From: Alphaproteobacteria bacterium
GTDB taxonomy: Bacteria > Pseudomonadota > Alphaproteobacteria > GCA-2731375
Reading direction: 5' to 3'
Length of the DNA: 64,000 bases
Assembly: GCA_965232515.1 (NCBI GenBank)
Contig: CBDDPY010000002.1
Coordinates: 5,216,001-5,280,000, forward strand
Shown here: positions 1 to 9,598 of the stretch, one piece after another
How the letters are laid out: every line of letters begins with the position of its first letter
Position numbering within the stretch: the stretch's first letter is position 1
Made by a program: the position numbers and the translations under genes
The notes under the pieces: model-generated
Seen by the model: the letters and a program-made list of their open reading frames with translations, nothing else
Told to the model about the DNA's origin: nothing
Databases searched by the model: none

Positions 1-926
1 TTCACTTCCGAATCCCAGGCGACGCCGGGGTTCACGGGGTATTCGTAGTTCACCGACGCATACATCTGCTGCGCTGCCTCGCCGGACAGGAATTCCATGA
101 GCTGCTGCGCCTGATCGCTGTTCTTCGACGACTTGGTCATCGCCACGCCGGAAATGTTGACGTGCGTGCCCCGATCAGACTGGTTGGGGAAGAACATGTT
201 CACCGCGGCGGCCCACTCCTTCTGTTCCGGCTTCTTGTCGTTGAACTTCATCTTGCCGTAGTAGTAGTTGTTGCCGAGCGCGATATCGCAAACGCCTTCC
301 TTCACGGCCTTCACCTGCGCCCGGTCGTTGCCCGACGGTTTGCGCGCCATATTCTCCTTCAGGCCCATGGCCCAGTTCTTGGCGTCGGCTTCGCCGTGCG
401 CGGCGATCATCGAGGCCATCAGTGCCCGGTTGTAGATGTGCTTCGATGTCCGCATGCAGATCCGGCCCTTCCACTTCGGGTCGGCCAGATCCTCGTACGT
501 CGACAGCTCGGATTCCTTGACCCGGTCCTTCGCGTAGTAAATCACGCGCGAGCGCGTCGTCAGGCCAAACCAAAGGTTCTCCGGATGACGGTATTGCGCC
601 GGGATGTGCTTGGACAGAACCGGTGAATTGATCGGCTGAAGCAGATCCGCTTTCGCCAGCGCGTCGAGGCGCGACACGTCGACCGTCAGCACCAGATCGG
701 CCGGGCTGTTCATGCCCTCCGCCTTCAGGCGCTCCAGGATGCCGGTCTTGGCGAAGACGACGTTAACCCTGATCCCGGTCTCGTCGGTGAACTTGTCCAG
801 GAACGGCCGGATCAGGAACTCCTGACGGTAGGAATAGACGTTTACCTCGGCGGCATGGGCGGCGATTGCGGTTCCGACCGCCAGTATTCCCGCCAGGACA
901 GCGCCGGCGCGTGCCGTGGTGCGCAT
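1..926 (-). CDS. Fe(III) ABC transporter substrate-binding protein (FutA/FbpA family), 3' end runs off the window
   Basis: Manual translation from ATG at 926: MRTTARAGAVLAGILAVGTAIAAHAA-EVNVYSYRQEFLIRPFLDKFTDETGIRVNVVF...LERLKAEGMNSPADLVLTVD; signal peptide plus typical FutA N-terminus and NNYYYG Tyr-ligand motif; absent from ORF track because truncated. Confidence 0.88.
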   Translation of the reverse strand, partial: MRTTARAGAVLAGILAVGTAIAAHAAEVNVYSYRQEFLIRPFLDKFTDETGIRVNVVFAKTGILERLKAEGMNSPADLVLTVDVSRLDALAKADLLQPINSPVLSKHIPAQYRHPENLWFGLTTRSRVIYYAKDRVKESELSTYEDLADPKWKGRICMRTSKHIYNRALMASMIAAHGEADAKNWAMGLKENMARKPSGNDRAQVKAVKEGVCDIALGNNYYYGKMKFNDKKPEQKEWAAAVNMFFPNQSDRGTHVNISGVAMTKSSKNSDQAQQLMEFLSGEAAQQMYASVNYEYPVNPGVAWDSEV

Positions 927-1018
927 GGATGATCTCCCGATATTAGCCCGTGTTAATGTGCGAATGACTTTGATATCCATTCGCAAAGCGTCCGCCAATT
1001 TAATTGCGCCGTTATGTT

Positions 1019-1037
1019 ATTGCAAGTCATTCGCAAT
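1019..1037. promoter_or_regulatory. Fur/Mur-type operator upstream of iron-binding protein gene
   Basis: ATTGCAAGTCATTCGCAAT, imperfect 19-bp palindrome resembling alphaproteobacterial Fur/Mur boxes; related inverted repeat TGCGAATG-N11-CATTCGCA at 959-985. Confidence 0.55.
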
Positions 1038-1067
1038 GAATGGCCTGACCTGTGTCAATCCGCCGCA

Positions 1068-1508
1068 TCATCCGCGCGGTGTCGGGCGCCAGTCCGGCGG
1101 CGCCATCTCGAACCCTTCGAACGAGAAGGCCGGTCCGACCGTGCAGCCGACCAGCGTCCAGGCGCCCAGGCTCTCCGCCGTCTGCCAGCAGCCGGCCGGC
1201 ACCACGACTTGCGGTTTCTGTGCCTGTGCGATGTCCGGGCCGAGGTGGTGGGCTTCGGCGTCGTGGCCATTCGGCGACAAGGTCAGCACCAGCGGCGCGC
1301 CGGCATAATAGTGCCAGATCTCGTCGGCATCGTTGACCCTGTGCCAGGCGGAAACGTCGCCCACGGCCAGCAAATAGTAGATTGCCGTCATGGCGCCGCG
1401 GCCGCCATCGGCCGGCGCATGGCGGTAGGTTTCACGGTAGTGCCCGCCCTCGGCGTGCGGCTGTAGCCCCAGCGCCGCGATGATTTCGGCTGCCGTTGAG
1501 TCGGTCAT
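1068..1508 (-). CDS. Cupin domain protein (DUF985/cupin_5 family)
   Basis: MTDSTAAEIIAALGLQPHAEGGHYRETY...SAWHRV...EIWHYYAG...GCTVGPAFSFEGFE; true start at 1508 overlaps the GST stop. Confidence 0.9.
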   Translation of the reverse strand: MTDSTAAEIIAALGLQPHAEGGHYRETYRHAPADGGRGAMTAIYYLLAVGDVSAWHRVNDADEIWHYYAGAPLVLTLSPNGHDAEAHHLGPDIAQAQKPQVVVPAGCWQTAESLGAWTLVGCTVGPAFSFEGFEMAPPDWRPTPRG

Positions 1509-2119
1509 CCGATCTGCGCCGGCAGGGTGTCGGCGATTGCCGGCCGGGTCGCGAAGCCATCGAACCAGCGTGCCAGCGCCGGACGGCCGTTCCGCCAGCC
1601 CATATCGGCGAAGCGGAAGTCGAGGTAGCCGAGTGCGCAGGCAATCGACAGCGTGCCGATATCCGACGCATCGGACAGCCCGTCCGCGGCGGCGTCGGTT
1701 TCCAGGGCGTCGAGGGCGCTCACGATCATGCCTTCCAGACGCGCCAGCCATTCGGGCGACTGCTGCGCCTCCGGCCGCAGGGTCTCGTGCCGCAGCGGCA
1801 CCGCCGCGTCCATGATGCCGTCGCCGATCGCCTGTTGCTTCAACGCCGGCCAGCGCGCCGGTCCGGGCGGCGGATAGACCGTCTGTTCGGGGACCAGGTG
1901 GGCGAGAAACTCGCAGATCACCGGGCTGTCGAACAGCACGTCGCCGTCATCGGTTTCCAGCGCCGGAATGCGGGCCAGCGGGTTCTTGGCGCGGTAAGCG
2001 CCGGTCGGCTCCCGCGGGTCCTGCGGCACTTGTTCGATGCGGTCGACGAGGCCAAGTGTGATAGCGACGGCGCGGACTTTGCGCACGTAGGGCGACATCG
2101 GCGAATAGTAAAGTTTCAT
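1505..2119 (-). CDS. Glutathione S-transferase family protein
   Basis: MKLYYSPMSPYVRKV, NPLARIPAL, LFDSPVICEFL, ACALGYLDFRF motifs. Confidence 0.9.
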   Translation of the reverse strand: MKLYYSPMSPYVRKVRAVAITLGLVDRIEQVPQDPREPTGAYRAKNPLARIPALETDDGDVLFDSPVICEFLAHLVPEQTVYPPPGPARWPALKQQAIGDGIMDAAVPLRHETLRPEAQQSPEWLARLEGMIVSALDALETDAAADGLSDASDIGTLSIACALGYLDFRFADMGWRNGRPALARWFDGFATRPAIADTLPAQIG

Positions 2120-2197
2120 TAACCACTGCGTTTCAGGCTTAAGGAATGATTCAGGATATCACCGCGGTCCGGGACAACCATGTGGTAATCTGCCGCG

Positions 2198-2956
2198 ATG
2201 CGCCCTGACGTAATCGACCTGCGAGAGTTCTATGCCGGCCGGCTAGGGCAGGTCGCGCGCCATCTGGTGCGCCGGCACATTCGCCTGCTGTGGCCCAACG
2301 TGACCGGCCAATGCGTCGTCGGCCTGGGTTATGCGACGCCTTATCTCAGGCAGTTCAACGACGAGGCCGCCCGGGTGCTGGGTTTTATGCCGGCGGCACA
2401 GGGCGTGACGCGCTGGCCGGCCGACGAGCCCGGCCTGGTCGCCCTCGTCGACGACTATGAGCTACCGCTGCCGGACGCCAGCGTCGACCGTGTGCTGTTG
2501 GTGCATGCACTGGAGAATACCGAGCAGGCCCGGCCGTTCCTGCGCGAGATCTGGCGGGTGCTGTCGTCGAGCGGCCGGCTGCTGGTGGTCGTGCCGAACC
2601 GGCGCGGTATCTGGTCCCGCTTCGAACGCACGCCGTTCGGCCACGGTCAGCCGTTCAGCCCCGGCCAGCTGTCGCGGCTGTTGCGCGACAACATGTTTCA
2701 GCCGACGCACCGGTCGACGGCGCTCTACGTGCCGCCGATCAACTCGAAGATGTTGCTGCGCGCGGCGCCGGCCTGGGAACGACTCGGCAGCCGCACAGGA
2801 CCGGCCTTCGCCGGCGTCCTGCTGGCGGAAGCCGACAAGCAGATCTACGCCATGACCACGGCACAGCCGCGCCTTCGCCGGCGTCCGGTGCTGATCTCGC
2901 CGGCCCGCGTCGCCCGCGAGGCCGACGGGCCGGGATTGCGGCGGGACCGCGACTAA
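2198..2956 (+). CDS. Class I SAM-dependent methyltransferase (YafS-like)
   Basis: VVGLGYATPYL, LPLPDASVDRVLLVHALE, VVVPNRRGIW...TPFGHGQPFS conserved in this alphaproteobacterial family. Confidence 0.85.
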   Translation: MRPDVIDLREFYAGRLGQVARHLVRRHIRLLWPNVTGQCVVGLGYATPYLRQFNDEAARVLGFMPAAQGVTRWPADEPGLVALVDDYELPLPDASVDRVLLVHALENTEQARPFLREIWRVLSSSGRLLVVVPNRRGIWSRFERTPFGHGQPFSPGQLSRLLRDNMFQPTHRSTALYVPPINSKMLLRAAPAWERLGSRTGPAFAGVLLAEADKQIYAMTTAQPRLRRRPVLISPARVAREADGPGLRRDRD

Positions 2957-3600
2957 TCGCGTTTCAGCAGGAAGATCGCCTGTTCGCCCAGCAGGTTGGC
3001 GAAGGCCGACGGGCGCCCGTTCGACATCGACAGCGGACTGGCATCGCCGTTGTGGCTGACGGCGATGCCGCGCTCGATGGTGATGCCGAGGTCGGTCGCG
3101 AGCGCTAGGAAATCGCGGATCGTGCAGAGATGGATGTTCGGCGTGTCGTACCAGCGCGACGGCAGGCCGTTGGTCACCGGCATGCGGCCCGTCGCCAGCA
3201 GCGCCCAGCGCACTCGCCAGTAGCCGAAATTCGGGAACGAGACGATGCCATGCCGGCCGATGCGCAGCATCTCCTGCAGCACGTCGTGCGGCTTGTGGGT
3301 CGCCTGCAGCGTCTGGCTGAGGATCACATAGTCGAAGGCTTCCGACGGATAGTGCTTGAGGTCTGTGTCGGCATCGCCCTGGACCACGGACAGGCCCTGC
3401 GCCACGCAGGCGTTGACGCCGGTCTGGCTCAATTCGATGCCGCGGCCGTCGACATTCTTCTGGTTGATCAGCAGGTCGAGCAAGGCGCCGTCGCCGCAGC
3501 CGACATCGAGCACGCGGGAATCGTTCGCCACCATGTCGGCGACCAGCAGCAGGTCGGTCCGGATCCCGCCGGTGCCTGTCGGCCGCGCCATCATGTTCAC
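2953..3600 (-). CDS. metW: Methionine biosynthesis protein MetW
   Basis: [42 protein letters not shown]; directly downstream of metX. Confidence 0.93.
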   Translation of the reverse strand: MNMMARPTGTGGIRTDLLLVADMVANDSRVLDVGCGDGALLDLLINQKNVDGRGIELSQTGVNACVAQGLSVVQGDADTDLKHYPSEAFDYVILSQTLQATHKPHDVLQEMLRIGRHGIVSFPNFGYWRVRWALLATGRMPVTNGLPSRWYDTPNIHLCTIRDFLALATDLGITIERGIAVSHNGDASPLSMSNGRPSAFANLLGEQAIFLLKRD

Positions 3601-4769
3601 GGCGCTGTCAGGCCACGTTTGCGCGCCGCCGCGTTGAGAAAGCCGTTCAACGTTTTGAACATTTCCGGTTCATCCAGCAGGAAGGCGTCGTGACCCTTGT
3701 CGGATTCGACCTCGACGAAGCTGACATTCGCCGCGACAGCGTTGAGCGCCTGTACGATCTCGCGGTTCTCCGAGGTCGGGTAGAGCCAGTCGCTGGTGAA
3801 CGAGATGATGCAGAAGCGCGTGTCGGTGCCGCGAAAGGCGTTGGCGAGCACGCCGTCATACTCGGCCGGCAGGTCGAAATAGTCCATCGCCCGGGTGATG
3901 TAGAGGTAGGCGTTGGCGTCGAAGCGCTCGACGAAGCTCGAGCCCTGATAGCGCAGATAGCTCTCGACCTGAAAATCGGCGTCGAAGCCGAACGACAGTG
4001 CCTGGCGATCCTGCAGCTTGCGGCCGAACTTGGCCTGCAACGCGGCTTCGGACAGATAGGTGATATGGGCCGTCATCCGCGCCACCGACAGGCCCGCGCG
4101 TGGCCGGGTGTGGGCGCTGTAATAATCGCCCTGGCGCCAGTCGGGATCGGCCATGATGGCCTGGCGGCCGACTTCGTGGAAGGCGATGTTCTGGGCCGAA
4201 TGCTTGGCCGCGGTGGCGATCGGCACGGCGGTATAGACGCGCTCGGGGAAGTTCGCCGCCCACTGCAGCACCTGCATGCCGCCCATGGAGCCGCCGATCA
4301 CGCAGAACAGCTGCTCGATGCCCAGCGCGTCGATCACCAGCTTCTGCGCCGTGACCATGTCGCGGATGGTGATCACCGGGAATGACAGGCCGTAGGGCCG
4401 CCCGGTGGCGGGATCGACCTCCTGCGGCCCCGTGGTGCCCATGCAGCCGCCGAGAACGTTGGCGCAGATCACGAAATAGCGGTCGGTGTCGAGCGTCAGG
4501 CCAGGCCCGACCATCATCGGCCACCAGCCTTCCCGCCCGGTCACCGGGTTTATGCCGGCGACATACTGATCGCCGGTCAACGCATGGCAGACCAGAACCG
4601 CATTGGACTTGTCGGCGTTCAGTTCGCCGTAGGTCTGATAGGCGACCGTAACCGGTCCCAGACTGACGCCGGAGGCGAGGCGCAACGGCTGGTCGGCCGG
4701 CAGGGTCAGGACATGGCTCAGCCCGTTCTGCCGGTCGTTGCTTGCCGCATCGCCAATCGTGGCGGCCAT
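3597..4769 (-). CDS. metX: Homoserine O-acetyl/succinyltransferase MetX
   Basis: [16 protein letters not shown] nucleophile elbow, KGHDAFLLD; start at 4769 (or 4790) rather than the ORF-track 4958. Confidence 0.95.
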   Translation of the reverse strand: MAATIGDAASNDRQNGLSHVLTLPADQPLRLASGVSLGPVTVAYQTYGELNADKSNAVLVCHALTGDQYVAGINPVTGREGWWPMMVGPGLTLDTDRYFVICANVLGGCMGTTGPQEVDPATGRPYGLSFPVITIRDMVTAQKLVIDALGIEQLFCVIGGSMGGMQVLQWAANFPERVYTAVPIATAAKHSAQNIAFHEVGRQAIMADPDWRQGDYYSAHTRPRAGLSVARMTAHITYLSEAALQAKFGRKLQDRQALSFGFDADFQVESYLRYQGSSFVERFDANAYLYITRAMDYFDLPAEYDGVLANAFRGTDTRFCIISFTSDWLYPTSENREIVQALNAVAANVSFVEVESDKGHDAFLLDEPEMFKTLNGFLNAAARKRGLTAP

Positions 4770-4843
4770 GGATGTGCCTGCCTCTTCCATCACACCGGGA
4801 TGCTGTTCTGGATTTTGCCGTCGATATGCCACGGCGTCGACGA

Positions 4844-4910
4844 TAGCTAGGAATGCCGGTGTGCGTGTGTCAACGTTTTCTTTGCTTTTGGGGCCTCCTG
4901 TGACTATATG
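4844..4910. promoter_or_regulatory. Divergent sigma70-type promoters for metX and the chorismate mutase-hisC-tyrC operon
   Basis: Minus strand TTGACA(4873-4868)-18 bp-TAGCTA; plus strand TTGCTT(4882-4887)-17 bp-TATATG. Confidence 0.45.
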
Positions 4911-4956
4911 TGCGCACCATTTGGCGGTCCCCTTGGTCGTCCGTAAAACTCCGGTC

Positions 4957-5859
4957 ATGACGGCAAAAGACAGCAGCCTCGACGCGCTTCGCCGCGAGAT
5001 CGACGCGATCGACGACGCGATACACGACGCGTTGATTCAGCGGTCGTCGTTGATCGGCGATGTCGCCAAGGCCAAGCGCGGCGCGCGCACGCCGCTGGCC
5101 ATGCGCCCGGCGCGCGAGGCGGAAATCCTGCGGCGGCTGGCCGAGCGCCACAGCGGCGCCTTGCCGATGCATGTCGTCGCCCGCATCTGGCGCGAGATGG
5201 TGAATGGTGCCACGGCGCAGCAGGGACCGTTCGCGGTGGCCGTCTGCGCGCCGGAAAAATCGGTCGGCTACTGGGACATGGCGCGCAGCCATTTCGGCTC
5301 GTCGACCTGGATGAGCCTGCAGACCTCGGCCATGCCGGTGCTGCGGATCGTCGCCGAGAATCCCGGCACGGTCGGCGTGCTGCCGCTGCCGCAGGAGGGC
5401 GAGACCGACCCCTGGTGGCTGGGGCTGGTGACCGAATCGGCCAACGGCGACATCCCCCGCATCGTCTGGCGACTGCCGTTCTTCACCTCGCCGGCCGGCT
5501 TGTTCGAGCGGCTGGAGGCGCTTGCCATCGCCTTTATCGAACCCGAACCGACGGGCCGCGACACCACGGTGCTGGCGATCGAGACCCGGGTCGATACCAG
5601 CCGGGCGAGTCTGCTGACGGCGATGCAGAAGGGCGGCTTGCCGGCGCGCGTGATGGCCTGGCACGAGGACATGGAGGCCGGCTACCGGGTCAACCTGACC
5701 GAGATCGACGATTTCGTCACCCAGCGCGATCCGCGTCTCGCCGATTTGGCCAAGGAACTCGGCGATACCGCCGGCCGCATCGTCGTGCTGGGCGCCTATC
5801 CGCGACCGATGAGCGAGGAAGAGCTTGCCGCCGGCGGCGCGGCGAATACGAGTGGTTGA
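4957..5859 (+). CDS. Chorismate mutase (AroQ domain with PDT-like extension)
   Basis: [29 protein letters not shown]...[13 protein letters not shown]...IWREM; upstream of hisC-tyrC. Confidence 0.88.
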   Translation: MTAKDSSLDALRREIDAIDDAIHDALIQRSSLIGDVAKAKRGARTPLAMRPAREAEILRRLAERHSGALPMHVVARIWREMVNGATAQQGPFAVAVCAPEKSVGYWDMARSHFGSSTWMSLQTSAMPVLRIVAENPGTVGVLPLPQEGETDPWWLGLVTESANGDIPRIVWRLPFFTSPAGLFERLEALAIAFIEPEPTGRDTTVLAIETRVDTSRASLLTAMQKGGLPARVMAWHEDMEAGYRVNLTEIDDFVTQRDPRLADLAKELGDTAGRIVVLGAYPRPMSEEELAAGGAANTSG

Positions 5860-5868
5860 GGGCAGCGT

Positions 5869-6969
5869 ATGGCGTCACCGACACCGATCGACGGCATTCT
5901 CGATATCGCGCCTTATGTGGGTGGCGATTCGAAGGCGGAAGGTGTGGCCCAGGCGGTCAAGCTGTCGTCCAACGAGTCCGCCATCGGCCCGAGCCCGCGG
6001 GCGGTTGAGGCCTATCAGAAACTGGCCGGCGAACTGCACCGCTATCCCGACGGCGGCTTCAACGTGCTGCGCGAGACCATCGCCGAAATCCACGGCCTGG
6101 CGCCGGAGCGGCTGATCTGCGGCAACGGGTCGGACGAGATCATCAGCTATCTGACGCATGCCTATGCCGGGCCGGGCGACGACGTGCTGTTCAGCGCGCA
6201 CGGATTCCTGATGTACCCGCTCAGCGCCATGGCCGCCGGCGCGCGGCCGGTGAAGGCGCCGGAGACCGATTACCAGGCCTCGGTCGACGCGCTGCTCGGC
6301 GCCGTGACGGGCGCCACAAAAATCGTCTTCCTGGCGAACCCCAACAACCCGACCGGCACCTATCTGTCGGCCGACGAGGTGGCGCGGCTGCGGGCCGGCC
6401 TGCCCGACCACGTGCTGCTGGTGCTCGACGGGGCCTATGCGGAGTATGTCAGCCGCAACGATTATTCCGCCGGTATCGAGCTGGTGGATGCCGGCGAGAA
6501 CGTCGTGATGACCCGCACCTTCTCGAAGATCTACGGGCTGGCGGCGCTGAGGCTCGGCTGGGCCTATTGCCCGCAGGCCATCGCCGACGTCTATCACCGC
6601 GTGCGGCCGCCGTTCAACGTGAACGCGGCCGCGCAGGCCGCCGGCGCGGCGGCCATGCGCGACGTCTCGCACACCGACGCGGCGCGCACGCACAACGATA
6701 TCTGGCAGCCCTGGCTGACTGCCGAGATGGCTCGGTTGGGCCTGTTCGTGATCCCGTCGGTCGCCAATTTCATCACCGTGCGCTTCGGCGCCGAAGGTCC
6801 GCAATCGGCGACCGAAGCGCTCGCCTTCCTGAAACGCCGCGGCGTCCTGGCCCGCGGCATCGCGCCTTACGGGCTGGGCGACTGCGTGCGCTTCACGATC
6901 GGGCTCGAGGACGAGAACCGCGCCGTGGTCGAGGCGGTCGAAGCGTTCCTCGGGGGCGCGGATGCCTAG
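5869..6969 (+). CDS. hisC: Histidinol-phosphate aminotransferase
   Basis: KLSSNE, HRYPD, ANPNNPTG, DGAYAEY, TRTFSKIYGLAALRLGW (PLP lysine). Confidence 0.95.
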   Translation: MASPTPIDGILDIAPYVGGDSKAEGVAQAVKLSSNESAIGPSPRAVEAYQKLAGELHRYPDGGFNVLRETIAEIHGLAPERLICGNGSDEIISYLTHAYAGPGDDVLFSAHGFLMYPLSAMAAGARPVKAPETDYQASVDALLGAVTGATKIVFLANPNNPTGTYLSADEVARLRAGLPDHVLLVLDGAYAEYVSRNDYSAGIELVDAGENVVMTRTFSKIYGLAALRLGWAYCPQAIADVYHRVRPPFNVNAAAQAAGAAAMRDVSHTDAARTHNDIWQPWLTAEMARLGLFVIPSVANFITVRFGAEGPQSATEALAFLKRRGVLARGIAPYGLGDCVRFTIGLEDENRAVVEAVEAFLGGADA

Positions 6970-7951
6970 GCGGGCGAAGAAGAAGCCGCTGTTCGAGAAG
7001 CTGGCGCTGATCGGCGTCGGCCTGATCGGCTCGTCGATCGCGCGGGCCGCGCGCGAAAAGGGCGTTGTCGAAAAGATCGCCGGCTGCGCCCGTTCGGAAG
7101 CCAATCGGGCCCGCTGTCTGGAGCTGGGCATCGCCGACAGCATGCACGGCGATCCCTCGGCCGCAGTGGTCGGCGCCGACCTGGTGATCATCTGCCATCA
7201 TCTCGGCGACTATGAAGCGACCGCCCAACGCATCGCGCCGGTGCTGCGTCCGGGCGCCATCGTTTCCGACGTCGGTTCGGTCAAGGGCATCATGTTCCGC
7301 GACGTGGCGCCGCATCTGCCGGACAACGTCCACATGGTGCCGGGCCATCCGGTTTCCGGCACCGAGAAGTCGGGACCGGATGCCGGTTTTGCCGAGCTGT
7401 TCGAGGATCGCTGGTGCATCCTGACCCCGGGCGATGCCGACCCGGAGGCGGTCGAGAAGGTGACGGCGTTCTGGCAGGCGCTCGGCAGCCGGATCGAAAT
7501 CATGGAAGCCGAGCACCACGACCTGGTGCTGGGCGTGACGTCGCATCTGCCGCACCTGATCGCCTACAACATCGTCGGCACGGCCGCCGATCTGGAAACC
7601 GTGACCAAGGGCGAGGTGATCAAATACTCGGCCGGCGGCTTCCGCGACTTCACGCGCATCGCCGCCTCCGACCCGGTGTTCTGGCGCGACGTGTTCCTGA
7701 ACAACCGCGAGGCCGTGCTGGAGATGCTCGGCCGTTTCACCGAGGACCTGATCGCGCTGCAGCGCTCGATCCGCTGGGGCGAGGGTGACCGGCTCTTGGA
7801 CCTGTTCACCCGGACGCGCGAAATCCGTCAGCGCATCATTGACGCCGGGCAGGAGACGGACGCGCCCGACTTCGGCCGTCGTCCGGAAACAAAGGACGAA
7901 GTCGCCCAACCAGAACCGGGCCAAGGTAAGCGGATCCGTTCTGGAGCCTGA
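6962..7951 (+). CDS. tyrC: Prephenate/cyclohexadienyl dehydrogenase
   Basis: GVGLIGSS Rossmann motif, SDVGSVK, GHPVSGTEKSG, TSHLPHLIAY, GGFRDFTRIAASDP. Confidence 0.93.
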   Translation: MPRRAKKKPLFEKLALIGVGLIGSSIARAAREKGVVEKIAGCARSEANRARCLELGIADSMHGDPSAAVVGADLVIICHHLGDYEATAQRIAPVLRPGAIVSDVGSVKGIMFRDVAPHLPDNVHMVPGHPVSGTEKSGPDAGFAELFEDRWCILTPGDADPEAVEKVTAFWQALGSRIEIMEAEHHDLVLGVTSHLPHLIAYNIVGTAADLETVTKGEVIKYSAGGFRDFTRIAASDPVFWRDVFLNNREAVLEMLGRFTEDLIALQRSIRWGEGDRLLDLFTRTREIRQRIIDAGQETDAPDFGRRPETKDEVAQPEPGQGKRIRSGA

Positions 7952-8888
7952 CCGGCACCGACAGCACGCCGCCGCCGGCCGCCGCCAGCAGCCCCAGCGC
8001 CGATTTCGCCAGATCGAGATCCCGGGCGCGAATGCGGCCCGTCGCCGCGGCCGCGTCCAGCAGCGCCTCATGGCCGCGGATCTTCGCCGTCATCTCGCCG
8101 GCCGGTCGGGTGGTTTCGTCGAGTTGCAGCGTGCCGGACGCCGCGGCCTTCACCGCGCCCCAGGTCACGTCGAATTTCTGCACTTCCACCGTGCCGCCGG
8201 CGTCGCGCCAGGCGATTACGGCGTCGGAAGGTGGCAGGCCGTTCGGCAACGCGCCGGTCAGGCCCAGAATGACGTCCAGCAGATCGATGTCGCGGCCCAG
8301 CGGCGCCTCGACGCCCGCCGGCAGCCGCAGACCCTCCACCTTCAACGCGGCGTCGCCGAGCCGGTTCGTCGCCTCGGCCCGGCGCATGTGCAGCGTCGCG
8401 CGGCGGACCGTTGCCGGGCCGGGCATGTCGGCGCTGCGCAATTCCAACCCGTCCGCCTCGAACGACAGTCGCAAGGGCTTGCCGTTTGTTGTCGTGCGGA
8501 AACTGCCGACGTTGTCGGCCATGGTCACGTCAACCACGCGGCTTCGCCGCCGCTCGACGAAGGCGATCCGCTGGCGGCCCTCGAAGTGAAACAGGATATG
8601 CGTCAGGTTCCAGGGATGGGCGACGGCGTCGATCCGCTCGCCCTCCCAGGCCGGCGCCGCGGGGCCGCCGGATTGGGCGAGGCGCGGCGCCATCACCGAG
8701 GCCTCGAGGCGGAACGGAAACCCGCTGACCTGCACGTCCTCATAGCCGACGGTCCAGCCGCGGGCGCGCTGCTGATCGGCCCAGGCATCCAGCTGCTCGG
8801 GCACCAGGCCCGCCAGATAGAACCAGTAGACGGCATAGCCGACCGCCACCGCGACGACGACGCCAAGGAGGATGAAATATCGCATCAA
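7836..8888 (-). CDS. DUF2125 family membrane-anchored protein
   Basis: N-terminal TM with YAVYWFY, VSGFPFRL, WRDAGGTVEV, C-terminal YLGPV; usual neighbour of tyrC/chaC in Alphaproteobacteria. Confidence 0.75.
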   Translation of the reverse strand: MMRYFILLGVVVAVAVGYAVYWFYLAGLVPEQLDAWADQQRARGWTVGYEDVQVSGFPFRLEASVMAPRLAQSGGPAAPAWEGERIDAVAHPWNLTHILFHFEGRQRIAFVERRRSRVVDVTMADNVGSFRTTTNGKPLRLSFEADGLELRSADMPGPATVRRATLHMRRAEATNRLGDAALKVEGLRLPAGVEAPLGRDIDLLDVILGLTGALPNGLPPSDAVIAWRDAGGTVEVQKFDVTWGAVKAAASGTLQLDETTRPAGEMTAKIRGHEALLDAAAATGRIRARDLDLAKSALGLLAAAGGGVLSVPVRLQNGSAYLGPVLVGRLRPLFPDDGRSRARPSPARRQ

Positions 8889-9031
8889 GCAGCCTGTTCC
8901 GATCCGGTCGGGGCGTTATAAACGCCGATATGGCGCCGGTCGATAGCGGTTTCGCCGTCGTCGGCCCCTTGCGCCCGGTGTGTCATTTAACTAACTAGCC
9001 GCCGTATCGGCTTCGACAATGATCGCTCGCC

Positions 9032-9598
9032 ATGAATGTCTGTTTTCCACCGCCGCCGAGTCCTGATCTGACCCTGCCCGAGGGGGATCTGTGGGTGTTC
9101 GGCTACGGCTCGTTGATGTGGCGGCCGGGTTTCGCCCACGTCGAGAGCCTCCCGGCGCGCCTGTACGGCTATCACCGGGCGCTCTGCGTCTGGTCGTGGG
9201 TGCATCGCGGCACGGAACGGCAGCCGGGCCTGGTGCTGGGCCTCGATCTCGGCGGCTCCTGTCTTGGCCGCGCGATCCGGGTCGCGGCGGACGACAAGCA
9301 TGGCGTCGCCGACTATCTCTACGCGCGCGAGATGGTGACGCCGGTTTATCAGCCGGCGCTGCTGCCGATCCGGATCGACGGGCAGGTCCACACGGCGCTG
9401 ACCTTCACCATCGACCGCGCCCATCCGCAGTATGCCGGCAAGCTCAGTGACGCGGCCGCGGCGAAGGCCGTACGCAACGGCCGCGGCGTCAGCGGCCCGA
9501 ACCCGGAATACCTCGCCAACACCGTCACCCACCTCGACGAGCTCGGCATCAACGACGGCCCCCTGCACCGCATCGCGGCACTGCTTGGGGTCGATTAA
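9032..9598 (+). CDS. chaC: Gamma-glutamylcyclotransferase (ChaC family)
   Basis: LWVFGYGSLMWRPGF, HRGTERQPGLVLGLD, GPNPEYL. Confidence 0.9.
   Translation: MNVCFPPPPSPDLTLPEGDLWVFGYGSLMWRPGFAHVESLPARLYGYHRALCVWSWVHRGTERQPGLVLGLDLGGSCLGRAIRVAADDKHGVADYLYAREMVTPVYQPALLPIRIDGQVHTALTFTIDRAHPQYAGKLSDAAAAKAVRNGRGVSGPNPEYLANTVTHLDELGINDGPLHRIAALLGVD

Noticed and set aside
4770-4956. SAM riboswitch upstream of metX
   Set aside because: No SAM-II/SAM-SAH consensus recognised; the leader is short and the region is explained by divergent promoters
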